Assembly (NCBI GenBank): GCA_964016885.1
Contig: OZ024748.1
Coordinates: 42,904,001-42,968,000 of the forward strand
Reading direction: 5' to 3'
DNA length: 64,000 nucleotides
From: Eledone cirrhosa
Taxonomy: Eukaryota
In this document: positions 13,301 to 25,491 of the stretch, in pieces
How positions within the stretch are numbered: position 1 is the stretch's first letter
Layout of the letters: each line of letters begins with the position of its first letter
Made by a program: the position numbers and the translations under genes
The notes under the pieces: model-generated
The model's input: the letters and a program-made list of their open reading frames with translations, nothing else
Told to the model about the DNA's origin: nothing
The model's database searches: none

Positions 13301-13344
<44 letters not shown>

Positions 13345-13443
13345 TATGATTATCTGATAAAAATTTGGTTTCTGCGTTCAAAAATAAAATGTCTGCAATG
13401 TCCATTCCATATCAATTTCTCTGCAGTTTTTATTAATTAAACG

Positions 13444-13620
13444 CAGATACTATAACAACTTCCCTGTAATTAGCTATATGTAGATACTATAACAACTTCC
13501 CTGTAATTAGCTATATCTAGATACTATAGCGACTTTACTGTAATTAGCTATATGTAGATACTATAACGACTTCCCTGTAATTAGCTAATATGTAGATGTT
13601 ATAGCAACTTTACTGTAATT
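13444..13620. repeat. ~37-bp tandem repeat, 4-5 copies
   Basis: tagatactataacaacttccctgtaattagctatatg units. Confidence 0.8.
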
Positions 13621-13659
13621 AAAAATATCAGCTAAACTAAAAAACTCTTTTACCAAAAT

Positions 13660-13950
13660 ACTTCTTTGCCCACTTATTCCTGAGAAGGTTGTGGGAGCAG
13701 AGTCCTCAAATACTCCTTCCAGCAGGTCCTGTCAGAAGCAACCATCTCCAACTGATCCAGCTGGATCCCCAAGTGAGACCAATCATCTTCCTCGGGGTCT
13801 ACCCCTGGGTCTCCTGCCAGTTGGTTTTGCCTGTAAAATCTGTCTAGCAATCTTTCCAGAGACATTCTAACCACATGTCCATAGTATTGGAGCTGTCATA
13901 TCTCAATTCGGAGAAGTAGCAGCTCTACCTGGAGTGACTCTCTGATCACC
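13660..13950 (-). mobile_element. RTE-clade LINE 3' fragment (family 1) that seeds the 93-bp array
   Basis: Homologous to the 1870 and 53610 copies and continuous with the array. Confidence 0.85.
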
Positions 13951-15250
13951 TGAGACATTCTAACCACATGTCCATAGTATTGGAGCTGTGATATCTCAAT
14001 ACGGAGAAGTAGCAGCTCTACCTGGAGTGACTCTCTGATCTCCTGAGACATTCTAACCACATGTCCATAGTATTAGAGCTGTGATATCTCAATACGGAGA
14101 AGTAGCAGCTCTACCTGGAGTGACTCTCTGATCTCCTGAGACATTCTAACCACATGTCCATAGTATTGGAGCTGTGATATCTCAATACGGAGAAGTAGCA
14201 GCTCTACCTGGAGTGGCTCTCTGATCTCCTGAGACATTCTAACCACATGTCCATAGTATTGGAGCTGTCATATCTCAATTCGGAGAAGTAGCAGCTCTAC
14301 CTGGAGTGACTCTCTGATCTCCAGAGACATTCTAACCACATGTCCATAGTATTGGAGCTGTCATATCTCAATACGGAGAAGTAGCAGCTCTACCTGGAGT
14401 GACTCTCTGATCTCCTGAGACATTCTAACCACATGTCCATAGTATTGGAGCTGTCATATCTCAATACGGAGAAGTAGCAGCTCTACCTGGAGTGGCTCTC
14501 TGATCTCCTGAGACATTCTAACCACATGTCCATAGTATTGGAGCTGTCATATCTCAATACGGAGAAGTAGCAGCTCTACCTGGAGTGGCTCTCTGATCTC
14601 CTGAGACATTCTAACCACATGTCCATAGTATTGGAGCTGTCATATCTCAATACGGAGAAGTAGCAGCTCTACCTGGAGTGGCTCTCTGATCTCCTGAGAC
14701 ATTCTAACCACATGTCCATAGTATTGGAGCTGTCATATCTCAATTCGGAGAAGTAGCAGCTCTACCTGGAGTGACTCTCTGATCTCCAGAGACATTCTAA
14801 CCACATGTCCATAGTATTGGAGCTGTCATATCTCAATACGGAGAAGTAGCAGCTCTACCTGGAGTGACTCTCTGATCTCCTGAGACATTCTAACCACATG
14901 TCCATAGTATTGGAGCTGTCATATCTCAATTCGGAGAAGTAGCAGCTCTACCTGGAGTGACTCTCTGATCTCCTGAGACATTCTAACCACATGTCCATAG
15001 TATTGGAGCTGTCATATCTCAATTCGGAGAAGTAGCAGCTCTACCTGGAGTGACTCTCTGATCTCCTGAGACATTCTAACCACATGTCCATAGTATTGGA
15101 GCTGTCATATCTCAATTCGGAGAAGTAGCAGCTCTACCTGGAGTGACTCTCTGATCTCCAGAGACATTCTAACCACATGTCCATAGTATTGGAGCTGTCA
15201 TATCTCAATTCGGAGAAGTAGCAGCTCTACCTGGAGTGACTCTCTGATCT
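13857..15250. repeat. 93-bp tandem array (about 15 copies) derived from LINE ORF2
   Basis: ctgagacattc recurs at 13950, 14043 and 14136. The minus-strand unit reads EIRESLQVELLLLRIEI(S/*)QLQYYGHVVRMSQ. Confidence 0.95.
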
Positions 15251-16202
15251 TTAAGCTATGCACTCTATCAAGTAACGTTACTCCAAAATACTTGAATCAG
15301 GAAAAAAAATATTTCAGTTGGTTCAGTCATATTGATGTATATGCATGGCCGTGTGGTTAACGAGTTTGCTTTGGAATCACATGATCTTGGGTTCAGTTAC
15401 ATCCCATGTCACTGTGTGTGTGTGTGTGTGTGCTATTTCTTTACATCCTTTAAATTAGCAAATTTGATAAAGGGATAGATAATTATTACGTGCCAGGTAT
15501 GAAACAAAATAACTACTGGGGACAATACAATTGACAAAAAACCCTTCAAGGTGGTGCTCCAGCATGGCCACAGTCTAATGACTGAAACTAGTAAAAGAAT
15601 ATAAAACTATAAAACAAACAGAAAAATAAAAAAAATTAAATTAATGTTAAAAACACGGACGGTGAGGAGCTGGGGTGGGGGGTTAGGTAAGAAACTTCAG
15701 TTAAATTGGTATTCGCACCTATTAAGTGACTTGATGTGTTTTTGTAATCTTCACACTATGTACTTGTAAGTTATTGCACCTTTTTAAGTCTCCACCTTGT
15801 ATCTAAAGTTACAAATATTTCTATATATTTACATGCCTCATTTCAAGGAATATGTTTTAGTAAGAGTTGAGCTGTAGACATGGCTGTTGTTAAGACACTT
15901 GGGGAACCTTGGCATTTTAGATTTAGTCTATGCAGTACCTTTGGCCAAATGTCTCCTATAGCCTTAGGTTGACGTTCTGTGTCTTCTACTATGGCCTTAG
16001 ATTGACCAATGTTCTGTGTCTTCTATAGCCTTAGATTGACCAATGTCCTGTGTCTTCTACTGTAGCCTTAGGTTGACCAATGTCCTGTCTTCTACTTTAG
16101 CCTTAGGTTGACCAATGTCTTGTGAGTGTATCTGGTAGATGAAAACACAAAAGCAGTCTTTTCTTGTTAGAAATTTGGTCACACAAGGGTTAAAGTGTTT
16201 AA

Positions 16203-16405
16203 CCCTTTAGCATTTACCTTACTCTATATATACTATTGTATTTTCACTGTAAAGGCTTTACATAATATGGAATCTATGAGATTTTGATATTATATATTTT
16301 GATAACAATAGCTTAACATCAGTATGAGTGGCCAGTTATGGCTACTTTGAACAGAAAGAGGTAAGAGAATTCTGGCTGGATAAAGCTAGTTTAAAGGCTA
16401 AAGGG
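16203..16405. mobile_element. piggyBac-like MITE
   Basis: TTAA|CCCTTTAGCATTT ... GCTAAAGGG|TTAA; interior homologous to the 3487 copy. Confidence 0.8.
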
Positions 16406-16674
16406 TTAAGGATGTGATTTAATGATAATTTAGCTGCTATTTCTAGTAAGTTAAGTAACCATGCATGGTGTTCCTTGATACCTCATATCTGGAAAGTCGT
16501 GACATCTGGTAGTCAAGGAGTGAAAGGAATACAATGATATCTGGTTGACAAACTGGTGTGTTGGTCTACCAATTAGATAACAAATGTAGTGATATAGTTA
16601 TGGCAGTCTTTAACTAAAGAGCTATCAGCTATTGTTATTTTACTAACAGCAATGAACCGATGACAAAATCTTAA

Positions 16675-16878
16675 CCCTTTAGCATTTAAACTGGCCAAAA
16701 TTCTCTCACCTCTCTCTATTCAAACCGGCCATAACTGGCTCATACTGATGTTAAGGTATTGTTCTCAAAATAAATATCAAAATCTCGTAGATTTGATATT
16801 ATGTGGGATAATTATGTGCGATAAATCTTTACCATGAAAATGTAATAATAAATATAGAGTAATGTAAATGCTAAAGGG
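16675..16878. mobile_element. piggyBac-like MITE, opposite orientation to the 16203 copy
   Basis: TTAA|CCCTTTAGCATTT ... AAATGCTAAAGGG|TTAA; interior is the reverse complement of the 16203 copy. Confidence 0.8.
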
Positions 16879-17656
16879 TTAAATTATAATTTTAGTAAAT
16901 TCTTAAATTTTAAAATAATTAATTAAAATACAAAATATTTAATTAGAACTACAATAAGTAAAGGGTTAATGTGACACTTTAATGATTCTACCATTTTACC
17001 AGTTTGGTATCCACAGCATTCTCTGTCATGCATCTTATTATCAGCCCATTCCAGACCATTCCTTGAAATATCACATAACAAGATATAACTTGGTACACAG
17101 TCTGCCAACTGAAATTGGTTGGAATTACGCCAGTTCTATGCTGATTCTAAACCACCCACCCATTGAAATATGTACTTCACTAATGACCTCTCAGTCTGCA
17201 GATAAACTTTCTTTTATTTACTAGAAAATGTGTAATCCACTAGCTTCTAACTGCTTTATAAGTTCTGCAGTTCCTACATGTTCTAGAATCTCTTAGAACA
17301 TGTAGGACTGCATAGAATCAATTTATCTTTGAATGAAACTGTGAAAGTGGGTTTTAATACCACCCACATGATCATTGGGTGTCTTTAGTGGAGTGCACTT
17401 TGTTGCAACCACACCATGTGTACACCACACATACACCACACTATATGTACGCTACACCATACTACATGTGCAGTACACATGTGTACTACACATGTACACC
17501 ATACCATACTGCATGCACACTGCAGTACATACACACCACACCAGATGCACACTACACTACACCATATATTATAAAATTATATTGATAATCTCTGCTGACT
17601 CACATTTATTTTTGGTTTACAAATTATTTAAAATATAACCTTGTGTTGTTTTACAG

Positions 17657-17735
17657 ATTTCCTTAAATGGTCTTGAAGTGCTGTGTTTAATGGTTGATCG
17701 TATGGGAGAAGAATTTAAGCCCTATGTTAATACAG
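17657..17735 (+). CDS. CLASP: CLASP TOG1 exon A: ISLNGLEVLCLMVDRMGEEFKPYVNT(V)
   Basis: ttttacag|ATTTCC acceptor and ACAG|gtaagt donor; 79 nt, phase 0 to 1. The peptide resembles the vertebrate CLASP1 segment VVLLGMDILSALVTRLQDRFKAQIGTV (recalled) and joins in frame to the next exon. Confidence 0.9.
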
Positions 17736-17817
17736 GTAAGTGTATTTTCTTGTCAACCCTTTAAACCCTGTTTCAGTTGGAATTTGGAGGGATTTACTAA
17801 CATTATTATTTCTTGGA

Positions 17818-18405
17818 TTGGCGGTGGATTGGCAGTATCGGTAGAGGGTCGGACGCCATGCTTTCCAGCATAGTTACGTCCCTTTACGATCTGAGTTCAA
17901 ATCCCGCCGAGGTTGACTTTGCCTTTCATCCTTACGGGGTCGATAAAATAAAGTACCAGTAATGCACTGGGTAATTGCTGGCCTTGTGCCTAAAGTAGAA
18001 ACAATTATTTCTTGGATTGGCAGTATCAGTAGAGTTACGGCCCTTTACGGTCTGAGTTCAAACCCCGCTGAGGTTAACTTTGCCTTTCATCCTTACGGGG
18101 TCGATAAAATAAAGTCCCAGTAATGCACTGGGTAATTGCTGGCCTTGTGCCAAAAGTAGAAACAATTATTGTTTCATGGTGGATTGGAAGTATTGGGAAG
18201 TGTCAGACATGCTGTGCAGCATAAAGTTACGTCCCTTTACGTTTGAGTGGTCTGACTCCAAATTCTGCTGACGTTAGCTTTGCCTTTCATCCTTACAGGG
18301 ATTGATAAAATAAAGTACCAGTAATGCACTGGGGTTGATTGAATTGACCTCTCCCCAAAAAACAAACAAAAACATTGTTGGCCTTGTGCCTAAATCAGAA
18401 ATCAT
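17818..18405 (+). mobile_element. Three tandem Nin/Deu-domain tRNA SINEs
   Basis: ggcggtggattggcagtatcggtagag head, gagttcaaatcc B-box, gcctttcatccttacggggtcgataaaataaagtaccag core and gtagaaacaattatt tail, three times. Confidence 0.85.
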
Positions 18406-19454
18406 TATCTTGTTACTAAGATAACTTAAAATATGGTTCTTATATAAAATTATATGGAAAGATTTTAATTTAAATAGGGAACCCTTTAAAATGGGTGATT
18501 TTGTTTCATAGAACAAGGGTTAGTTTAATCCAGGTTTTATTATCAAAAAGTTAATATCTCAGAAAAAACATGATGTGGGTTGACTTTTGAATGTTATCCT
18601 CAAATGGAATGTAATTTAACAAAACAGTTTCGATATATTTAGCTGCCACAAATCAGTGTTCCTCTCCAGGGATACCAAACCATCAATATATATTTAAAAC
18701 TATTTTAGATATCCATTAACATTCCAGGATATTTTAGAAAAGGCTATTTTCCTATATTTTGCTTTAAGACTAAAAATAAATAAAACTTTTTATAAAAATA
18801 TATTTTATAAGAATATATGATTATATTTGTATTTGTTAGGTTTTGGATTATTTTTGAATAAAAAATTAAGAGTAAATAAAATATAATAAAAATAAAACAT
18901 GTTCATACACTGATAATTGCATACATAAATACATATATTGACAAATGCTCACACACATACATGTTACGATACAAGGACAGATTTGTGGTTATTGTATATA
19001 GTTGCTGATGTTAACCTAGGCAGGATTTGAACTCAGAATGTAAAGGGCTGTAACTCAATGCCACAAAGCATGGTGTCCGACATTCTACCAATACTGCCAA
19101 ACCACTGCCCTTTATATAATATTGAATATATATTTCAGTATATTTCAGTGGAATGCTCAGCCACTTACAAATTAATTTCATGAGCAGGCTGTCCCATTGA
19201 TTGAACAACTGAAACACTCACTGTCAAAACTGGTGGATGTCTTCTATTCTATGTCATGCATCGGTCCGTAACTCCTGAGGGAGTCCCAGGGGTGCTGTAG
19301 TGACATACGGCATATCTAGGATATTCTTAAACCTGGTGAAGCCCATCTCCTCTCCAGCTCTGAATACAGCAGCGTTCTTCCAGAGAAGGAGAGAGAGGAA
19401 ATGAGAAAGAGATATAGAGGAAGAATTGACCTCAGTACTAGACTGGTATATGTA

Positions 19455-20066
19455 TAATAATAATAATAATAATGAAATGATTGTGTAAAGTGCTCAGGTG
19501 CACTACAACTCGTCAAAGGTGCATGTATAGTACATAGAATAATATACAAATGTCAGGGAAGTGAATAGTGTATGAGTCATGATATACATGTGTGTATGTG
19601 TATGGAGGGGGAATATTAGGTGTAGTGTTGGCAAATCTCGGGAAGCATGGAGGCCTTAAAGGATGCAGTGTCTCGACAACTAACAACCGATGCAGGTAGT
19701 TTGTTCCATGCTTCAGCAAGTCTGAGCGTGAAAAAATGTTTCCGAAAGTCATGGGAGCTGTGCTGTTTTCTGACTTTGTGGGCATGTCCACGTGTGTTAG
19801 ACACATGGAAATCAAAAAGGTACTCAGGGTTGTTGTTGGCAAGATGGTTAACAATTTTGTGGGTGTTTACCAAGTCAGTTGCCAGGCATCGGAGCTTCAA
19901 TGTATCCATGCCCAGGGAAGCAAGGCGTTCAGAGTATGGTAGATGCCTGATGGAGGGTATTCGCTTGGTTGCACGTCTCTGAACAGTTTCCAGGCGGTCA
20001 ATGTTCTGAGCAAGATAGGGGTTCCAGACTGGTGATGCAAATTCTAAGTGTGACCGCACCATCGCC
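19455..20066 (-). mobile_element. 5'-truncated CR1/L2-group LINE (ORF2 C-terminus, 3' UTR, (TTA)n tail)
   Basis: VRSHLEFASPVWNPY...LETVQRRATK...YSERL...NTRGH..K...RKHFF..R....WNKLP is the typical CR1-group post-RT region. 3' UTR copies recur at about 36205-36430 (+) and 40885-40960 (-). Confidence 0.9.
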
Positions 20067-20310
20067 ATATATATATATATATATATTAGTGAAGGCATGT
20101 AGCTGAGTGGTTAGAGAATTGGATTCGCAATCTTGAGGTTGTGAGTTCGGTTCCCGGACCGGGCGATGCGTTAAGTCCTTGAGCAAGACACTTTATTTCA
20201 CGTTGCTCCTTCTACCTGGAGTTGCGACCGATAGATAGTATTAGCAATTGGAAAGACCAACGGAAACATTGTTCCCTCGGTCCGATTTGGCGAAAGTCAA
20301 TCGATATAGC

Positions 20311-20379
<69 letters not shown>

Positions 20380-21014
20380 GAGAGAGAGTCAGAGAATGGA
20401 AGTGAGAAAGAGATATAGAGGAAGAATTGACCTTAGTACTTGACTGGTACTTTTTTTTATCGACCTTGAAATGATGAAGGGCCAAATTGACCTCGGTGGG
20501 ATTTGAACTCAGAGAAGAGATAGCTGAAACAAATACCACAAATTATTCTATCCAAGGTTCTAACAACTCTACCCCAATTCACCACCTTGTCTATTCTTTT
20601 TTTAAAAATTATTGACTAATTATGAGGAGTTCTTTGATGACATTGTCAGGTAATTGTTATATGGTGGGATTCTTTGAGGACATTTCTAAAATATTTGTTA
20701 GTCATTCCTAATAAAGCACTCAATACTTTGGTTGTTAGTTTTAGATATTTCAATAATTTTACATCTGATAAATTAAGCCAAATAGAAATATGTAGATTAT
20801 GGAGGAGGGGAGGTTGAAATGTGTCTAAATATAGGTAGGGCTGCAATCTCTTAGATCGAGATAACTAAGATGGCAATACCTTGAAATATCTAGCTAATAT
20901 GTCAATATTTACAGAGCAGAACTAATGCTTTGCTATCTTCACATCGGAATGGTAAAATATAAATAATAAGGTATTTAGAATATATTTATAATTACAAATA
21001 TATTTATTATTTGA

Positions 21015-21738
21015 ATTGGCAGTATCGGTAGAGGGTCGGACGCCATGCTTTCCAGCATAGTTACGTCCCTTTACGGTCTGAGTTCAAATCCCGCCGAGGT
21101 TAACTTTGTCTTTCATCCTTACAGGGGTCGATAAAATAAAGTACCAGTAATGTACTGGGAAATTGCTGGCCTTGTGCCAAAAGTAGAAACAATTATTACA
21201 AATTTCCGGTTGGTTGGTTTAATAAACGGATGGTTGTTTATTTATTGGCAAAGCTCTTTTGTCACACATCTGTGACCACCTCAGTAACTAATTTATTTTG
21301 TCTCTCTCTTTTGTTCTGTCCTACTCCATCTTGTTTTTGTGTGTTGTGTTGACAGTATCTATGTGTTATTATTATCGTGGATTGGCAGTATTGGTAGAGG
21401 GTCGGTCGCCATGCTTTGACGCATAGAGTTACGGCCCCTGCCATTCTGAGTTCAAATCCCGCCGAGGTTAACTTTGCCTTTCATCCTTACGGGGGTCGAT
21501 AAAATAAAGTACCAGTAATGCACTGGGTAATTGCTGGCCTTGTGCCTAACGTAGAAACAATTATTATCAGTAGAGTCGGACGCCATGCTTTGCAGCAAAG
21601 AGTTACGGCCCTTTATGGTCTGAGTTAAAATCCCACCAAAGTTAACTTTGCTTTTCATCCTTACGGAGTCGATAAAATAAAGTACCAGTAATGTACTGGG
21701 TAATTGCTGACCTTGTGCCAAAAGTAGAAACAATTATT
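21015..21738 (+). mobile_element. Three Nin/Deu SINEs, with a degenerate hammerhead-element fragment (21200-21350) between the first two
   Basis: Same SINE motifs as 17818. The insert aaatttccggttggttgg...gtcacacatctgtgacc matches 12903-13034. Confidence 0.8.
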
Positions 21739-21782
21739 ATAAATGTCTCTATAATCTGTCTAAATTATCTTTTTCCTTCCAG

Positions 21783-21826
21783 TCCTTCCTGCTGTTGTGG
21801 ACAGGTTAGGAGATGCTAAAGACCAA
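21783..21826 (+). CDS. CLASP: CLASP TOG1 exon B: (V)LPAVVDRLGDAKDQ
   Basis: Pyrimidine tract ttttccttccag| and CAA|gtaagt donor; 44 nt, phase 1 to 0. Contains the characteristic TOG motif DRLGDAKD. Confidence 0.95.
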
Positions 21827-22131
21827 GTAAGTTATTGGGTTTTTTATTATTATATTTATATTTCTGAGAATTTCTTGAAACTATCTCTTCTCACTCCCCC
21901 CTCTGTCACCCCCCTCTCTTTCACTCACACATGAAAAACATTAAAAGGTTTTACATCATTACTGAGGCTGGTATGTAGATCAGAAGATTACATCATAAAA
22001 AATATGTAATTTCTGAAAGAGTTGACCTGGTTCTCATTTTAAAATAATGATATGTAGATTTGATAAAGTACTGAACTAGACATAAAATATTGAACAAGCA
22101 ATAAATTTAACTGACATCATCATCATCACTG

Positions 22132-22227
22132 TTTTATATAGATATATATATATAGTTTACAACTATATATATATATCTGTGTGTGTGTGTATATATATAT
22201 ATATATGCGTGTATGTATAGTTTACAA

Positions 22228-22297
<70 letters not shown>

Positions 22298-22321
22298 ATG
22301 TATAGTTTACAACTATATATA

Positions 22322-22366
<45 letters not shown>

Positions 22367-22490
22367 ATAGTTTACAACTATATATGTGTGTGTATATATG
22401 TATGTATAGTTTACAAACTATATATGTGTGTGTGTATAAATATATGTATGTATGTATAGTTTTCAACTATATATATGTGTGTGTGGATGT
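22132..22490. repeat. Compound repeat tatagtttacaactata plus (TA)n(TG)n
   Basis: The core recurs about 6 times among dinucleotide runs. Confidence 0.85.
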
Positions 22491-23519
22491 TAAATGATAA
22501 TGATATATATATATATATATATATATTGGTGGTGAATATTACACTGGTTTCACTTAGGATATTTGTATATCCTGTTGATTTTTAGGTTTTGAATAAATAT
22601 GACCTTCAAAAAATGGTTTAAATTGGTAAAAAATCATTACATAATGGAGTTGTGAAACAAAAACTATATTCTAAAGAACACTTAAAATATTTTAAATATC
22701 AAAATATTAAAACTTTATAAATATATTCTCCACTCAAGAGAATTTCAAAACATGTTGATTGCCTGCTTTGGTTTTTTACACGGGGTCTCGAATTTTGCCT
22801 GTTTCTTAGACAAAATAGTTGGGTGGGAGGACAGTTTATATTCAGATTGGCTTATATTCCAGTACATACGGTAATAGTTAAGACTTATCAGATGAAAAAT
22901 GGTTTGTTTCTGATTGAAAAACTCTAGTATAGAAAGCCTCAGGACAATAGGAATTCCTGTTAGATGCTTTCATAGATAAAATATTACATGAAAAGATATT
23001 TGAAGAAGAAATAATTCTGCTTCTTCTAGTTCATTTTTTAATGATCTTTGGAAGCAGCTCAAGATATTTATTATTGACCAGAAGGAGCAGAGAAGTCATA
23101 AAAAGGAAGTGTAGTGGTTATAGATTTGTTTGAGTTGATTGGCAGACATCCAAAGAATGCACAGTAGAAGTGACCATTATTTGCCAGGAATATATCATGC
23201 TAATATCATTAGTTATCAAGGTAGAGATCGAGATGGAAAACTACAAGAGATGAAATGGAAAGTCTCCATTAAGAAATATTATTATTATTGTTATTTATTA
23301 TGTACACTTGTAATTTATCAAAGCATCAATAAATATAAATCTTTTTTTTAAAAATATATTTTTCTAACTTTCTAGACTTATGCTAGCATTTGGTGCAGCA
23401 TTAAATTGTTAACACTCCAGCTACTTTTGCAGTAATATCTTTACAAGCATTACTTAATGATATAAAGATCTTGGCTTATAAGTTTACTGTTTTATTAGTC
23501 TATTTCCAATGATCATACG

Positions 23520-24070
23520 TTTGTGGTGATATCCATATAAATATTACTTTATATAAAATATCTTGACATAAATTTGTGGTGATATCCTTATAAACATTAC
23601 CTAATATTAAATATCTTGATATATAAATTTTAGTGGTGATATCTTTACAAACATTACTTAATATTAAATATCTTGACAAATTTCTGTGGTGATATCCTTA
23701 CAGGCATTACTTATTTAATATTAAATATCTTGACATATAAATTTGTGGTGATATACTTAATATTAAATATCTTGACATATATTTTTGTGGTGATATCCTT
23801 ACAAACATTACCTAATATTAAATATTGACATATAAACTTATTCTTTTATTAGTGTGTATATTCATTGGAAATACACTGTCTCAATAAATTAATACAGAAT
23901 TTTGAGAAATTTTCTAAATTTATGACTGCACAAGATGTATGACTGCATATAACTTAGATGTATGACTGCACTAGATGTAGGACTGCACCAGATGTATGAC
24001 TACATATAACTGCACTAGATGTATGACTATACAACTGCACCAGATGTACAACTACATATGAATGCACTAG
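23520..24070. repeat. Two diverged short tandem arrays (~55-bp gtggtgatatcc unit; ~17-bp atgactgcactag unit)
   Basis: Imperfect repeated units visible by eye. Confidence 0.7.
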
Positions 24071-24132
24071 TTGGATTTTACCATTTCTCTTTCATGATTA
24101 AAATGTTTTCTATTTCTTTGTACTATTTGTAA

Positions 24133-25280
24133 TTACTGGTCACTAGAAATGTGGAGGTCACTGTGAACTACTGGTCACTGAACTAGTGGTCACTAGAAAT
24201 GTGAAGATCACTGTAAACTAGTGGTCACTAGAAATGTGAAAGTCACTGTAAACTACTGGTCACTAGAAATGTGAAGGTCACTGTAAACTACTGGTCACTA
24301 GAAATGTGAAGGTCACTGTAAACTACTGGTCACTAGAAATGTGAAGGTCACTGTAAACTACTGGTCACTAGAAATGTGAAGGTCACTGTAAACTACTGGT
24401 CACTAGAAATGTGAAGGTCACTGTAAACTACTGGTCACTAGAAATGTGAAGGTCACTGTAAACTACTGGTCACTAGAAATGTGAAGATCACTGTAAACTA
24501 CTGGTCACTAGAAATGTGAAGATCACTGTAAACTACTGGTCACTAGAAATGTGAAGGTCACTGTAAACTACTGGTCACTAGAAATGTGAAGATCACTGTA
24601 AACTAATGGTCACTAGAAATGTGAAGGTCACTGTAAACTACTGGTCACTAGAAATGTAAAGGTCACTGTGAACTACTGGTCACTAGAAATGTGAAAGTCA
24701 CTGTAAGCTACTGGTCACTAGAAATGTGAAGGTCACTGTAAACTACTGGTCACTAGAAATGTAAAGGTCACTGAACTACTGGTCACTAGAAATGTGAAGG
24801 TCACTGTAAACTACTGGTCACTGAACTAGGGGTCACTAGAAATGTAAAGGTCACTTTGAACTACTGGTCACTAGAAATGTAAAGGTCACTGTGAACTACT
24901 GGCCACTAGAAATGTGAAGGTCACTGTAAACTACTGGTCACTAGAAATGTGAAGGTCACTGTAAACTACTAGTCACTGAACTAGTGGTCACTAAAAATGT
25001 GAAGGTCACTGTAAACTACTGGTCACTGAACTAGGGGTCACTAGAAATGTAAAGGTCACTTTGAACTACTGGTCACTAGAAATGTGTAGATCACTGTAAA
25101 CTCGTGGTCACTAGAAATGTGAAGGTCACTATGAACTAGTGGTCACTAGAAATATGGAGATCACTAAACTACTGTTCACTCAACTAGTGATCACTCACTA
25201 TAAATGTGTATTACTGGTCACTCACTATAAATGTGTATTACTGGTCACTCACTAGCAATGTGTATTGGTCACTCACTATA
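24133..25280. repeat. 35-bp minisatellite, about 30 copies, decaying up to the exon C acceptor
   Basis: Unit ctggtcactagaaatgtgaaggtcactgtaaacta. Confidence 0.95.
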
Positions 25281-25298
25281 TTACTTTATTTTCACCAG

Positions 25299-25358
25299 GT
25301 ACGTGATCAATCTCAGAAATTACTATTGAAACTGATGATGCCGGCATCATCTCCACAG
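25299..25358 (+). CDS. CLASP: CLASP TOG1 exon C: VRDQSQKLLLKLMMPASSPQ
   Basis: ttttcaccag|GTA acceptor and CAG|gtaata donor; 60 nt, phase 0 to 0. Similar to CLASP1 VREQDQTLLLKIMDQAANPQ (recalled). Confidence 0.92.
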
Positions 25359-25491
25359 GTAATATTTAACCTTCCTCTATATTTGTGTATATATAATTCT
25401 ATTTGTTATATTGTTCGGTTATAATCCATTGGGTAATATACCACTAAAGTAGTATAAGACAACATCCTTTTGTTTTATATTTTTAAATGTT

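Larger units (their letters stand above)
12760..13306. mobile_element. Inverted pair of a Penelope-like/hammerhead element (palindrome 12817-13305) inserted in (TA)n
   Basis: Arms 12817-13034 and 13068-13305 are near-perfect reverse complements; (TA)n lies on both sides; a third, single copy is at about 21200-21350. The Penelope assignment is inferred from the hammerhead and the inverted layout. Confidence 0.7.

Noticed and set aside
15300-17656. U4atac snRNA, since human RNU4ATAC lies in the CLASP1 intron just upstream of the exon equivalent to exon A
   Set aside because: By eye I found no AACC(A/T)TCCTT.TCTTGGGG-like 5' end with an Sm site on either strand. An Infernal search with the Rfam U4atac model would settle it.
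17818-17910. tRNA genes suggested by A/B boxes
   Set aside because: These are SINE heads followed by the Nin core, with no complete cloverleaf.
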